From contig JAQUQR010000002.1 of assembly GCA_028715985.1 (NCBI GenBank), positions 19,718 to 83,717 of the forward strand: 64,000 nt of DNA, given 5' to 3'. The first letter of the stretch is position 1. Each line of letters starts with the position of its first letter. The stretch is from Methanocellales archaeon. GTDB lineage: Archaea; Halobacteriota; UBA148. Positions 9,975 through 20,389 of this stretch are shown here, one piece after another. The position numbers and the translations under genes were made by a program. A model generated the notes under the pieces. It saw only the letters and a list, made by a program, of their open reading frames with translations. It made no database searches and was not told where the DNA came from.

Positions 9975-11171
9975 GTGTTCTACGATAGCTTTCTCTTGGC
10001 ATATAGGAATATAAAGGAGCGCAAGTTCCGTTCATTTTTAACCCTCTTGGGCATCGCAGTGGGGATAGCTGCGATTATAGCTTTGATAGCGGTAGGCTAT
10101 GGCATGCAATACTCGATAACAGAGGAGCTTGTGGGAATGGCAGATATCATAATGGTAATGCCCGGACAGATGGTCCCTGGAAGAGGCTACGTCGAAACGG
10201 GAGCTTTGACGGACAGGGATGTTGAAGATATAGAACGCATTGATGGTGTCGATAATGTAGGGGCCTGGATGATGGACACCGCTCAAGTCGAATACAGAGG
10301 TGAGCTTATGCCAATAGGTATAATGGGGGGTAACCCACGGGTGATGGAAAAAATATTTGGAGATGACGTTGAATTCAAAGAAGGACGATGGCTACGTGAG
10401 AATGACTATAGGGGATGTGTGATAGGATATAGTGTTGCCTATGAATATTTCGATGAAGACTTGGGTCTTAACGATCGCATAACGATTAACGGAAAAAAGT
10501 TCGTGGTGGTCGGAGTCTTTGAAAAAGCCGGCATGATGGCTTCTGCAGATATAGACCCCAATATATTTCTCACGAAGAGTTCTGCTCAAGATGTTTTGGG
10601 AAAGAATGACATATCAATGATAATGCTACAAGTTCGTGATATCGATAGGGCTGATGACATCGCCGAGCAGATTGGGGAAAGAATAGACGAAAACCACAAT
10701 ATGGAAGATTTTGCCCGGGTTATGACGATGGAGTCGATGATAGAGCAGATAGAATCGGTCTTCTTGCTACTCCAAGCGGTCCTCGTTGGAATTGCGTCCA
10801 TTGCACTGATAGTGGGCTCCATAGGCATCATGAACTCCATGCTCATGTCTGTGATGGAAAGGACCCATGAGATAGGGATTATGAAAGCAATCGGAGCCAC
10901 CAATTCGAACATCATTTTGCTATTTTTGACCGAAGCTGGAACGATCAGTCTTATCGGAGGCGTATTGGGATGTGTGTTAGGGACGATCGCTTCCAAATTG
11001 GTAAGCATTGGCGTTAGTTTTTATATCGGAATGGAAATGCCCGCAATCGTTACCCCAGAAGTAGCGATCGGGAGTTTGTCCGTTGCGATCCTGGTGGGAA
11101 TCATATCTGGTTTGTATCCGGCCAGAAGGGCGGCAAAAATGAGTCCTGTCGAGGCGGTGAGATATGGATAG
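9975..11171 (+). CDS. ABC-transporter permease, MacB/FtsX family
   Basis: 398 aa: an N-terminal TM helix, a periplasmic MacB-like core, and a C-terminal FtsX 3-TM domain (MERTHEIGIMKAIGAT). GTG start. No ATPase gene is adjacent. Confidence 0.8.
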   Translation: MFYDSFLLAYRNIKERKFRSFLTLLGIAVGIAAIIALIAVGYGMQYSITEELVGMADIIMVMPGQMVPGRGYVETGALTDRDVEDIERIDGVDNVGAWMMDTAQVEYRGELMPIGIMGGNPRVMEKIFGDDVEFKEGRWLRENDYRGCVIGYSVAYEYFDEDLGLNDRITINGKKFVVVGVFEKAGMMASADIDPNIFLTKSSAQDVLGKNDISMIMLQVRDIDRADDIAEQIGERIDENHNMEDFARVMTMESMIEQIESVFLLLQAVLVGIASIALIVGSIGIMNSMLMSVMERTHEIGIMKAIGATNSNIILLFLTEAGTISLIGGVLGCVLGTIASKLVSIGVSFYIGMEMPAIVTPEVAIGSLSVAILVGIISGLYPARRAAKMSPVEAVRYG

Positions 11172-11407
11172 TTTACTTAAGCAGGATATAACTAGCTTTA
11201 ATCTGTTTGAGGTTAATGTCGCTCTGAAAAAACTCTCGAATAGGTGTGTATATTTACAAAAAGGTGATTCTAAATGGCGTTATTCAAAAAACATTTAATG
11301 GTCTTTCCTTACTTGACCTGAAGGCTCTAAAAAGCGATCTTTTCAATCCTTATTTTGTGAGTCTCTCATTGAAAAGTCCGTACTTATAACCCATCAAAAT
11401 CCACAAG

Positions 11408-11647
11408 TCATAATTCAACTTTCCCAACAGTGAAAAGAACCCCAACGATCACTATCAGAATCTGCACTGCTCCTGTGAACCAAATTGGTAAAAACCAATT
11501 AGATAGAGGAAGCTGAGATAAGATATCACCTATCCCTAAGGCTATATGGACCCATAAAAATATGGTGATCCCTGACAGAAGGACTCGGGCATTCCTTATA
11601 ATTTTTTCCCATTCTACATCGTTGATATTTTTATTCATTTTGATCAC
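11408..11647 (-). CDS. Small membrane protein, unknown function
   Basis: 79-aa ORF with two hydrophobic helices, in an AT-rich context. Confidence 0.4.
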   Translation of the reverse strand: MIKMNKNINDVEWEKIIRNARVLLSGITIFLWVHIALGIGDILSQLPLSNWFLPIWFTGAVQILIVIVGVLFTVGKVEL

Positions 11648-12185
11648 CTACAACAGGATATTTTATCCACCACTAGCATAGATATTATCAATAGCATATA
11701 ACTATTTTTATGCCTAAGATACCTACATCCAATTACCAACCAACAGAAAAACTGCTGAGTTGATCCAATTTTAGACCGCCCAATAACCTTCTTTAACCAT
11801 CTTTTCACCTCTAACTAGGGAGGTGATTGGATTAGAATATCAGCTTTAACCAGTGGATATGTTAAAGTCAGGGCAGTAGCCAATAGAGAATCCTTTTTAG
11901 TACCCTGAAAATACACATAATCAACAAAAATAAGATAGAGACCATCTTTTTCATTTTTGATGTCCATACCCCAATCCATTAACCACAAACTCCTCGATTT
12001 TTTTCTGTTAAAAATGATGTGGATGAAAGGCTTTAGCCATATATGGTTGGCGGTCTTGTTGAAACTAACAACCGAAAATTCTATTGTACAAACTGGACCT
12101 TGATTTAAGTAGAAAAATTTCTGATACTTGTTGATATCTTATTTTGTATGTAAATGTCTCTTGCGCCGTAGGTGTTAGCGGTAAA

Positions 12186-13103
12186 TCAGGACTTTTCAAT
12201 GATTATCGACCACTGACCTTCTCCAGATATATATAAGATATAATGCCCAGAATCCACTATTCCCACAGTTTTCACTCCTTCAAAAGGACCAATTGTATCG
12301 ACAAGGACAGCGTCTATGTAGTGATAAATGCCAGGTGACCCGATCGCCATATAATTTATGAGCAAAACTGTAAAATTAGATTGACCATCATTCATCATCC
12401 TAAATATTGATGTGCCACTTTCGAGTGGAAATATTGATGTGACAGTTGATCCATGTCCTGAGAGTTTTATTTGTTCTGGCTGAGATGTCTCTTGTGCTGG
12501 TGTCGGGGTTTGTTTCTCCGCTGAAGTAGTCCTATGGGCGCTAGGAGGAAGGAAATGCACCTTCAACGTCGTTTCCGCTTTTAAAACGTTGGAATGACCG
12601 GAGAATTCGACCTGTTCGCCCGCCATATTTTCAGCATTGTTGCCCAGAAGGGCGTAAACTGAGTCGGGCTGATCCCTTTTGGGCGTAAAAATCACCGATA
12701 TTGCCAAATCATCAGATATTCTTTCAAAATCCGTCCACAGGCCCAGCTCGATGAGCATTATGGCATTGTCGTACCATCCCACGTCATCGGGCGTTAAGCT
12801 GACCTCATAGCTTCCCTTTTCAACCGTTGCCTCTCCGAAAGCCATGTGTCCCGTATAAGTGGTGTCATCTCCCCTCTGCCAATGGGGTCTTTCGATAAAC
12901 ACTCCCAAAACGCAACCATCCGGCAGATTTGTTTTTCCAGAAACTGTTATTTGCCCCTCTTTCTTTTCTGCTGAAGCGGTAAGCGTGTGCCCATCAACCA
13001 TCGCCTCGCCTGCAACACATCCTGAAAACGTTACAGTTAGCATGCCCAATACTAAGACAATAACAATGACCTTTTCTACCAACATTCCCCTAATAGTGGA
13101 CAT
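12186..13103 (-). CDS. Putative secreted/lipid-anchored protein, unknown function
   Basis: 305 aa with a signal anchor followed by the lipobox-like sequence TFSGC. Confidence 0.55.
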   Translation of the reverse strand: MSTIRGMLVEKVIVIVLVLGMLTVTFSGCVAGEAMVDGHTLTASAEKKEGQITVSGKTNLPDGCVLGVFIERPHWQRGDDTTYTGHMAFGEATVEKGSYEVSLTPDDVGWYDNAIMLIELGLWTDFERISDDLAISVIFTPKRDQPDSVYALLGNNAENMAGEQVEFSGHSNVLKAETTLKVHFLPPSAHRTTSAEKQTPTPAQETSQPEQIKLSGHGSTVTSIFPLESGTSIFRMMNDGQSNFTVLLINYMAIGSPGIYHYIDAVLVDTIGPFEGVKTVGIVDSGHYILYISGEGQWSIIIEKS

Positions 13104-13307
13104 TGTGTAGTGTTATTTTCCCAGCTTTTACTTATATTTTTTGTGGCAGATTATTGCTAGCACTAGCAAAGAGAGTTAAGCAGCAAACAGCGGAAATGTC
13201 ATCTCTTGAAAGGTAGATCGCAATGAGGGGCCATCATAAAGTTTAGTCACAGCTTTTTAGCCATCTAAAAAGTTAGATAGGAATAGGAGGGAATTAAGGG
13301 GGAAACT

Positions 13308-13971
13308 ATGAAGATAGGAATCGTAATCTATTTGAATGATTCGGAAACTGTATGGAATGCCTTTCGGTTTGGAAATTTTGCATTGTTAGAAGGGGAATAT
13401 GAAAGGAGAATGAAGAGATGAAAAAAGTTGGAATGATTCGTTGTCAACAAACAGAAGATATGTGCCCTGGCAATACTGATTTCAAAGTCGCAAAAGAGGG
13501 GAAGCTTGCTTTCGAGGAAATGGGTCCCGTTGAAGTTATCGGATTCGTTTCATGTGGTGGCTGTCCGGGGAAAAGAGCTGTTACTCGCGCAAAAATGATG
13601 GTTGATCGCGGAGCTGAAGCAATTGTTTTAGTTTCTTGCATATCTAAAGGAAATCCCATTGGCTATCCCTGCCCTTATTATGCAAATATGAGAGATGCAA
13701 TCATCAAAAAGATTGGTCCAGAAATAGAAATAATTGAATGGACACATTAAAACTCCTAACAGGTCAATCAAGCGGATTTAAAACTGCTACTTTTTAAACC
13801 GATCATTTTTATGAAAGAGAGCTATGAAGAGTTGATTATGATGGAGAAATATTTGCCTGTGGTATGTGCCTCAAAATTCGCCGATCTGTGGGTTCAGAGA
13901 GGTGTCAATTGTCAGCAATCAAGAATTTATATGAAGTAATAAAGAGTAGCGATAAAGTTGTTACATTTTAA
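13308..13971 (+). pseudogene. DsrE-like (sulfur-relay fold) gene remnants: an N-terminal piece (13308-13421) and a frameshifted C-terminal piece (about 13811-13971)
   Basis: ATG 13308 follows an RBS (aggaggg) and gives MKIGIVIYLNDSETVWNAFRFGNFALLEGE, then derails to a stop. The region 13834-13971 gives DGEIFACGMCLKIRRSVGSERCQLSAIKNLYEVIKSSDKVVTF*. From memory, both pieces look like the two ends of one family of about 110 aa. Confidence 0.55.
13418..13750 (+). CDS. CGGC-domain protein
   Basis: 110 aa with VSCGGCPGKR and further conserved Cys residues. Its ATG overlaps the stop of the DsrE-like N-terminal fragment (ATGA). Confidence 0.7.
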   Translation: MKKVGMIRCQQTEDMCPGNTDFKVAKEGKLAFEEMGPVEVIGFVSCGGCPGKRAVTRAKMMVDRGAEAIVLVSCISKGNPIGYPCPYYANMRDAIIKKIGPEIEIIEWTH

Positions 13972-14285
13972 AAGCACAGCAGAAACATGCGCCTCTGCGG
14001 ATGCTGGCGTATAACACTGGCTCTGCGGCCCGCTATCGCTTCTCCAAGTCCATTGCTTCATTTAAGACTTCGTATTTTTGAACTGAAAGCTTGCTCATCT
14101 TTGATATTCAGCTATTCATACAGGGAGATCAAAATATCTACCTAGTCAGCCTCCAACAAAATCAGTGTGTCTAGGAATCTCAAGCTCTTAAAAGCCCTGA
14201 GGCACAATTACACAAAAATAAGTAAGCGCTAAAACCAATGCTATGGCATCACATCAACGCAACGTCAGAGGCAACAAGAGCCTAT

Positions 14286-14465
14286 TCAACTGCTCTTAGC
14301 TATCGCATTTTCAGACCTTTTAAGCTTTCTCCTAACCTTACCAGAAGAATCATATCTTTGCGCAGGACCTGGTCGCTTTGTATTGGCATTTTTTCTGGGA
14401 ACAAGCCTGATTTGACCTTTTCTGCCTTTCACTTTGACCCATTCCACGCTTCCTGTCTTCCCCAT
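14286..14465 (-). CDS. Small, highly basic 59-aa protein, unknown function
   Basis: My own translation gives MGKTGSVEWVKVKGRKGQIRLVPRKNANTKRPGPAQRYDSSGKVRRKLKRSENAIAKSS*. It starts 5 nt after the gatE stop on the same strand. It is below the 60-aa cutoff of the ORF track. Confidence 0.5.
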   Translation of the reverse strand: MGKTGSVEWVKVKGRKGQIRLVPRKNANTKRPGPAQRYDSSGKVRRKLKRSENAIAKSS

Positions 14466-14469
14466 TCAA

Positions 14470-16350
14470 TTATTCCTCCATAAATCCTTTGATCTTTTCT
14501 TTGAGAAGGTTGCTAACGAGCTTTCCATCTGCTTTACCTCTAACGCGTTCCATGATCAATCCCATCAATGGTTTAACCGCATCTGTGCCACGTTCCTTAA
14601 TTAAATCCCTCTTGGATTCGATAACTTGCATGATAAGCTTTTCTATGTCCCCTTTGTCCAGCATTTCAAGACCCAGCTCAGATGATACAATAGAAGCGGT
14701 TTTACTTGGTGTATTTGCCAGTACCCTTAGCACTTCCGGTATTCCTTCTTTAACCATTCTATTGGCACGTATCATTTCAAATATTTCTATGAAGTGACCA
14801 TCCAGGAGATGCTGAACCGGAATGCCTTCCCTCCTAAGTTCTGATAATGTAGCAGTAAGCGTTCTTGCCACCAATGTCGGAGGGGCATCCAAACTCATTA
14901 TCCGCTCAAAGAGAGCCGATTGTTCAGAACACGCGATAAGTTCAGCAAGCTCGTCGCTCAAATTGTACTCGCGTAAGTATCGCCCTTGTCTTTCACATAT
15001 CAATTCGGGGAGAGGGGAGTTGATCTTTTTCAGCATTTCCCTGGATATCGGCACCGGCAACACATCAGTCTCAGGATACATGCGTGCTGCTCCCGGAAGG
15101 GGTCTCATGTATGCCGAGTTGCCGTTTTGTAACGCCCTTCTGGTCTCCTCCGGTATGCCTTCCAAAGCCTCGTTTGCCCTTTGAATCACTGCATTCAGTG
15201 CAGAGCGCGCCCGCGACTCTTCGTCTACCACCAGCACTACGCAATCCTCCGGGCCCGCACCAATCTTTTTGCGAATCCCAGCGATTTGATCAGCGCCGAT
15301 CTCATTTGGCAGCTCATCGGTATAAAAAGCCCCCCTAGAAAACCGCTTCAACCTATCGGATAATTCATCGAAAAATCGTCGATCGGGTTGTATCTCCCGC
15401 CCAGCCAGTCCACCAAAGGAGGGGAGTTTAACCGCCAGGACGACATTATTTTTAAGTGACTTTCCGATGCCTTGAGGGTTGTCAAAAACCTCACTAACGT
15501 CTACCAAAACTTCTCTTACCTTTTTAGCGCCGCGTTGTCTTAGTTCATCCTTGACCTTAAGCAAATTTACCTGGCGAATCACCTCTCTATCAACGATCGT
15601 CTCAATCATGTCGAGGGTCTGCACTCCCTTTATTTCTATGCGTGCTCCTTTTGCAATAGAAACGTTGATGTCCTGTCGGATCGTCCCTATGCCTCTTTTC
15701 ACTTTCCCTGTTGAACGCAATATCATTCCGATCCACTTTGCAAGAGAGCATACTTGCTCAGGTGTCTTGGCTTCGGGAGAGGTTGTGATCTCTACTAGTG
15801 GAATTCCGAGTCTGTCGAGAGAATACACCACGCCATCGACATCCTCAGATATTTTTTGTGCAGCCTCCTCCTCCAGACAAACCGTATCGATGTGGATTAT
15901 GTTATCCCCCAGGGATATTTTACCGTCTGAGGCAACAAAGGCTGTCCGCTGAAATCCGCTCGTATTAGATCCATCGATGACAATTTTTCTCATCGTATGG
16001 ATTTCGTCTACCGGCGTCATACCCAATAGCAGTGCAATCTCAAGCGCTATGTCAATTGCATCTGGATTCAAAGGACCCGGTGGCTCTTCATCATTCTCGA
16101 CCAAACATGTCGTATCGTATCCCTTGTAGATGAAGCGACGGTTAACTTGCGCCTCTTCTAATGCAGCCCTATCGATCTCGCCGAGTTCACTCTCTGATAC
16201 TTGGAGATGGCGGTATATCTCATAGGTTGAATCGCTTGCTCTTCTCAACTCGGTGGGACAATTACAAAATAACTTTCTCTTGGTATCCAGCTGTTGATGA
16301 ATCTCCAATCCTGCCTTAAGACCCAAACCCTCATAATCCACTGATTTCAC
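14470..16350 (-). CDS. gatE: Glu-tRNA(Gln) amidotransferase subunit E
   Basis: 626 aa with the GatE N-terminus [22 protein letters not shown]. It overlaps gatD. Confidence 0.95.
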   Translation of the reverse strand: MKSVDYEGLGLKAGLEIHQQLDTKRKLFCNCPTELRRASDSTYEIYRHLQVSESELGEIDRAALEEAQVNRRFIYKGYDTTCLVENDEEPPGPLNPDAIDIALEIALLLGMTPVDEIHTMRKIVIDGSNTSGFQRTAFVASDGKISLGDNIIHIDTVCLEEEAAQKISEDVDGVVYSLDRLGIPLVEITTSPEAKTPEQVCSLAKWIGMILRSTGKVKRGIGTIRQDINVSIAKGARIEIKGVQTLDMIETIVDREVIRQVNLLKVKDELRQRGAKKVREVLVDVSEVFDNPQGIGKSLKNNVVLAVKLPSFGGLAGREIQPDRRFFDELSDRLKRFSRGAFYTDELPNEIGADQIAGIRKKIGAGPEDCVVLVVDEESRARSALNAVIQRANEALEGIPEETRRALQNGNSAYMRPLPGAARMYPETDVLPVPISREMLKKINSPLPELICERQGRYLREYNLSDELAELIACSEQSALFERIMSLDAPPTLVARTLTATLSELRREGIPVQHLLDGHFIEIFEMIRANRMVKEGIPEVLRVLANTPSKTASIVSSELGLEMLDKGDIEKLIMQVIESKRDLIKERGTDAVKPLMGLIMERVRGKADGKLVSNLLKEKIKGFMEE

Positions 16351-17557
16351 CAGCTATGTTTTTTCTCATTAAAGTCCTTACTTCATCCGGGTCGTTAGTA
16401 CCTCCCAAAACCCACATCAGTTTGACGAGCGCAGTTTCAGGTAACATATCCCCCCCTTCAATGATGCCTGCCTTGAGCAGGTCTCGGCCTGTGTCGTACA
16501 CTAGGTCGCAAATTCTGCCACTAAAGCATTGGGAAGTCATGACTATAGATATCCCCTTTTCCACCGCTTTTTTGATATGCGGAATCCACTCTGTGGAAAC
16601 ATGCCCCAATCCAGTACCTTCAATCACCAGACCCCGGTATAAGGAGGCATAGTGATCAACTATTTCAGGATCAGCGCCAGGATAAAACTTCAACAAAGAG
16701 CATTTTGGCTCAATATGGTCCCTCACCATCAACTCATGTTCATCCCTTTTTTTGTATGCCGCAAACGTCTCAATCTCTCGAGTGGAATAGTCCACTTTCC
16801 CCAGAGGCGAAGCGTTGATCGAATGAAATGCATCTCTTCTAGAGGTGTGCATCTTCCGCACCCTAGTGCCCCTATGTATCAGGCAATAATCGTCAGACAT
16901 AGTTGCGTGCATCACAACGGATACCTCCGCTATATCGCTGGTCGCCACCTTTGCTGCGCATACCGCATTCATGGCGTTATCACTGCTCGGCCTATCAGCA
17001 CTTCGTTGTGAGCCAACGAGGACTATCGGAACAGGCGTTACCAACATGAACGAGAGTGCAGCGGCTGTATATCCCATGGTGTCAGTTCCATGAGTGATCA
17101 TCACACCTTCAGCACCGCCTTCGATCTCTGCAGCGATCGCTCTTGCCAGCGTTTGCCAATATTCGGACCTCATGTTCTCGCTTAATATGCTGTAGATGAC
17201 TTTTCCCTTAAAATTCGCAATCTCGCTCAATTCGGGTATTGCACGAAGGATATCCTCCACATCGAACTGACTTGTCACCGCTCCGGTCCTATAGTCAACC
17301 TTGCTGGCGATCGTGCCCCCGGTGGTCAGAATACTTACTGTCGGAAGGCATAGGTTAATTGGAGGTGCAGGCGTTTTTTGGGGCGCACTCTTCTTCCCCT
17401 TTTCAATTAACTTGACGAAAGTTTTGGCATCTTTCTTTATACCAATGTTGTAGCCATTGTCCAGTTTTAGAACGATAGAATCATCCCTACTGGGCATCAG
17501 GATTCCTTTATAAGTGATATTACCCCGTTGAACTGTGATTTTATCCCCTGCCATCAT
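16331..17557 (-). CDS. gatD: Glu-tRNA(Gln) amidotransferase subunit D
   Basis: 408 aa with an asparaginase-like domain (TGGTIAS, HGTDTM). Confidence 0.95.
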   Translation of the reverse strand: MMAGDKITVQRGNITYKGILMPSRDDSIVLKLDNGYNIGIKKDAKTFVKLIEKGKKSAPQKTPAPPINLCLPTVSILTTGGTIASKVDYRTGAVTSQFDVEDILRAIPELSEIANFKGKVIYSILSENMRSEYWQTLARAIAAEIEGGAEGVMITHGTDTMGYTAAALSFMLVTPVPIVLVGSQRSADRPSSDNAMNAVCAAKVATSDIAEVSVVMHATMSDDYCLIHRGTRVRKMHTSRRDAFHSINASPLGKVDYSTREIETFAAYKKRDEHELMVRDHIEPKCSLLKFYPGADPEIVDHYASLYRGLVIEGTGLGHVSTEWIPHIKKAVEKGISIVMTSQCFSGRICDLVYDTGRDLLKAGIIEGGDMLPETALVKLMWVLGGTNDPDEVRTLMRKNIAGEISGL

Positions 17558-17559
17558 TT

Positions 17560-19026
17560 TTATACCCCTGATCTGACGAGGGCGTTTAACTGCTCCAATG
17601 CAACGTTTATTTTATTGGTTTTTTGCTGCAAGAGATCTGCATCACTTGCAATGCTCTTTTTCCTCTCTTTGATCATACGCTCGCATTCATCAGGGGAAGG
17701 CCCGCCTCTTATGCTTCGAACTCTGACGTTCTGCTCTATGTCAAGCGCCTTATCGATGATCTCTTGGGTAAGCCCCATATCGCTTAATCTTTTTCCGATT
17801 ATCTTCTTTGCTATAGCATCTATTTGCTCTAAAACAGGCTTCTCTTCATCCCTGGCCAATGCTCCGACAATTCGGTGGGCCGTCCTAAATGGGATGCCAG
17901 TTACTCGGACCATTGTGTCAGATAGCTCAGTTGCCGTAATGAATCCGACTGCAGCGGCGGCAGTCATCACATCACTTTTGATTTGCATAGTATCAACCAC
18001 GCCCGCCATGACGCACACTGAATTCTTGGTGATTTTGACTGCCTTTAGCAGGTGTGGGGAAACTTCCTGCAAATCAATGTTATAGCTGTATGGCGATGCC
18101 TTACATATCGCAAGTGCTGACATGAGCTCACCGTATACAGAGCCCGTTTTTGCCCGGATCAGCTCAAGCACATCTGGGTTCTTTTTCTGGGGCATTATGC
18201 TGCTCGTAGACGCATACCTGTCATCTAATTCGATAAAGTCGAACTCAGAGGTACTCCATAGAATGAGCTCTTCCGCAAGGCGGCTCAAATCAACCATTGT
18301 GTTTGCAAAGGCAGACATGCACTCTATGGCAAAGTCTCTTGTACTGACTGCATCCATTGAATTCTCAATCAGGTCATCAAAGCCCAGTAACTGCGCAGTT
18401 CTTTCTCGGTTAATCGGAAATCCGGTTGAGGCCAGTGCGGCTGCACCAAGTGGACATAGGTTCACGCGCACATATGCATCCATGAGTCGATCAAAATCTC
18501 TTCCAAAAGCATCTGCATGGGCGATCAGGTGATGCGCAAACGTGGTGGGTTGAGCATGCTGAAGGTGAGTAAATCCTGGCATTATCGTCTTGGTATGTTT
18601 CCCTGCGAGGTTGAGCAGAGTTTTTCTCAACCCAATGATATCGCCCATTAGCCCCAATAGCTCATCCCTTATGGCAATCCTGATACACGTAGCAATCTCA
18701 TCGTTGCGCGACCTTCCGGAGTGCATTCTCCCACCAACCTCACCAACCAACTCGATGAGCTTTGACTCGATTGCAATATGGACGTCCTCGTGCTCAGATA
18801 TGTTTACGTATGCAACGCCACTTTTCTCAATGGTATCCAGCGCCTTTAATATGGCATAGCAATCATCCTTTTGGATTATGCCTTGTTCATACAGCATTAT
18901 GACATGGGCTTTATCCACGAGTAGGTCTGTTTTAAAAATCCATTGATCCACTTCTAAAGAGGATGTAAATTTAGCTACCTTTTCATCCATTTTAGACGTT
19001 AGGCGACTTCGCAGAATATCTTTCAT
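17560..19026 (-). CDS. argH: Argininosuccinate lyase
   Basis: Fumarate-lyase-family signatures ([18 protein letters not shown]). I chose the ATG at 19026, preceded by a GGAGG-like RBS, rather than the longer ORF start. Confidence 0.9.
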   Translation of the reverse strand: MKDILRSRLTSKMDEKVAKFTSSLEVDQWIFKTDLLVDKAHVIMLYEQGIIQKDDCYAILKALDTIEKSGVAYVNISEHEDVHIAIESKLIELVGEVGGRMHSGRSRNDEIATCIRIAIRDELLGLMGDIIGLRKTLLNLAGKHTKTIMPGFTHLQHAQPTTFAHHLIAHADAFGRDFDRLMDAYVRVNLCPLGAAALASTGFPINRERTAQLLGFDDLIENSMDAVSTRDFAIECMSAFANTMVDLSRLAEELILWSTSEFDFIELDDRYASTSSIMPQKKNPDVLELIRAKTGSVYGELMSALAICKASPYSYNIDLQEVSPHLLKAVKITKNSVCVMAGVVDTMQIKSDVMTAAAAVGFITATELSDTMVRVTGIPFRTAHRIVGALARDEEKPVLEQIDAIAKKIIGKRLSDMGLTQEIIDKALDIEQNVRVRSIRGGPSPDECERMIKERKKSIASDADLLQQKTNKINVALEQLNALVRSGV

Positions 19027-19110
19027 GTCTCCCCTTCCTACGCTTAACTCTACTCTGACCCTATTCAGTGAAAAAGGTTTTGTATGTTTAGAGACACTTG
19101 ATACAAAAAT

Positions 19111-20283
19111 GTGAAGATCGCTGTCTTTATTTTGGTGCTGAGCATGCTGCTCATGTCGATTTCGGGGTGCACTGAAAGAGATGTCATACCACCTGAAGTA
19201 ACACCAACCCCCATACAAAGAGCGTTGGTTACTAAGGTTGTAGATGGAGATACCATCATCGTTACGGGCGGAACAAGAGTGCGCTTGATAGGAATTGATG
19301 CACCCGAATCAAATGAGGAGTATTATACAGAGGGAAAGGAGTTTCTAGAGAGTAGGGTATTATATAAAGAGGTTGGATTGGAGGGGGATACCCCTGATAA
19401 AGACATGTATGGACGCTCTTTAAGATATGTTTGGCTTAACGATGATTTGATCAATGCAGAAATAGTCAGAGCTGGTTGGGCTATCGCGATCCAGTATGAG
19501 CCTACCACCAAATACTCAAATTTGATCGCAGAAGCCGAACAAGAAGCCATAGAAAGTCAAGTGGGAATATGGGGGGCTACAACACATATTTCCACGCCAA
19601 TTCCAAAAACTCCAACACCTACATTAAAACCCACACCCATACCTACACCGACAGTTACACCAACATTAAAACCAAAAACTGCACCCACTCCTAAAACAAC
19701 ACCTACACCAATACCTACAACAACAAATACGCCAACATCGACTCCTATATCAACCCCAACACCCACACCAGCGCCTACACCCGTAACTTCTACGCCTACA
19801 CCTACATTATCTCCTACATTATCTCCCGCACCAAAACCAACTCCAGAGCCCACACCAACTGCAAGTCCAACACCAAAAGAGATGCCTAAAATAGTGATCA
19901 ACGAATTTGAGCAAAATCCTGATGGAAATGACTCTGGAAATGAATGGGTTGAGCTTTACAACCCTGCCACAATCAACTTAAATATAAGCGGATGGACATT
20001 ATCCACAACCCATGGAACAACATCAAATATCACGATACCCCCAGATACTATAATACCTGCAAATGGATACTGGGTCTACACTCATAGCAAACAATGGTTG
20101 GACAACAAAGATGAATCCATCGTGTTAATAGATCTAGATGGAAATGAGATGGACAGAACATTAACGGGAAGCGATGACAAAGATGATAAGTACAGTTGGG
20201 GGAGATTTCCCAACGGAAAGGATACAAATTTGAGCACAGACTGGAAATTTCAAGTATCTACTCAAGGAGAGCGCAATCCATAG
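19111..20283 (+). CDS. Secreted thermonuclease (SNase) domain, Pro/Thr-rich linker, and lamin-tail (LTD) domain protein
   Basis: Signal plus lipobox (MSISGC), an SNase-like core (VDGDTI...VRLIGIDAPE...GRSLRYV), about 95 aa of PT linker, and a C-terminal INEFEQNP...NEWVELYNP LTD signature. Confidence 0.75.
   Translation: MKIAVFILVLSMLLMSISGCTERDVIPPEVTPTPIQRALVTKVVDGDTIIVTGGTRVRLIGIDAPESNEEYYTEGKEFLESRVLYKEVGLEGDTPDKDMYGRSLRYVWLNDDLINAEIVRAGWAIAIQYEPTTKYSNLIAEAEQEAIESQVGIWGATTHISTPIPKTPTPTLKPTPIPTPTVTPTLKPKTAPTPKTTPTPIPTTTNTPTSTPISTPTPTPAPTPVTSTPTPTLSPTLSPAPKPTPEPTPTASPTPKEMPKIVINEFEQNPDGNDSGNEWVELYNPATINLNISGWTLSTTHGTTSNITIPPDTIIPANGYWVYTHSKQWLDNKDESIVLIDLDGNEMDRTLTGSDDKDDKYSWGRFPNGKDTNLSTDWKFQVSTQGERNP
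19591..19878 (+). repeat. Low-complexity region encoding a Pro/Thr-rich linker
   Basis: Reiterated ACN-CCN codons encode TPTP/KPTP strings. The antisense frame gives the spurious GV-rich ORF 19557-19901. Confidence 0.85.
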
Positions 20284-20389
20284 CAGTTAAACTTCATTTT
20301 TTGCAGAGGAGGATTTTGGACTCGATATTTCAAATCAAATTAAGTTCGATATCGCCATCTTCATGTATCCAAATGTAAACTAACCTAAC

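Noticed and set aside
14238-14483. 81-aa plus-strand ORF downstream of gatE
   Set aside because: It has poor composition and no RBS. The minus-strand 59-aa basic ORF in the same place is co-oriented with gatE and more protein-like.
19557-19901. 114-aa Gly/Val-rich ORF on the minus strand
   Set aside because: It is the antisense reading of the Pro/Thr-linker codons of the nuclease gene.
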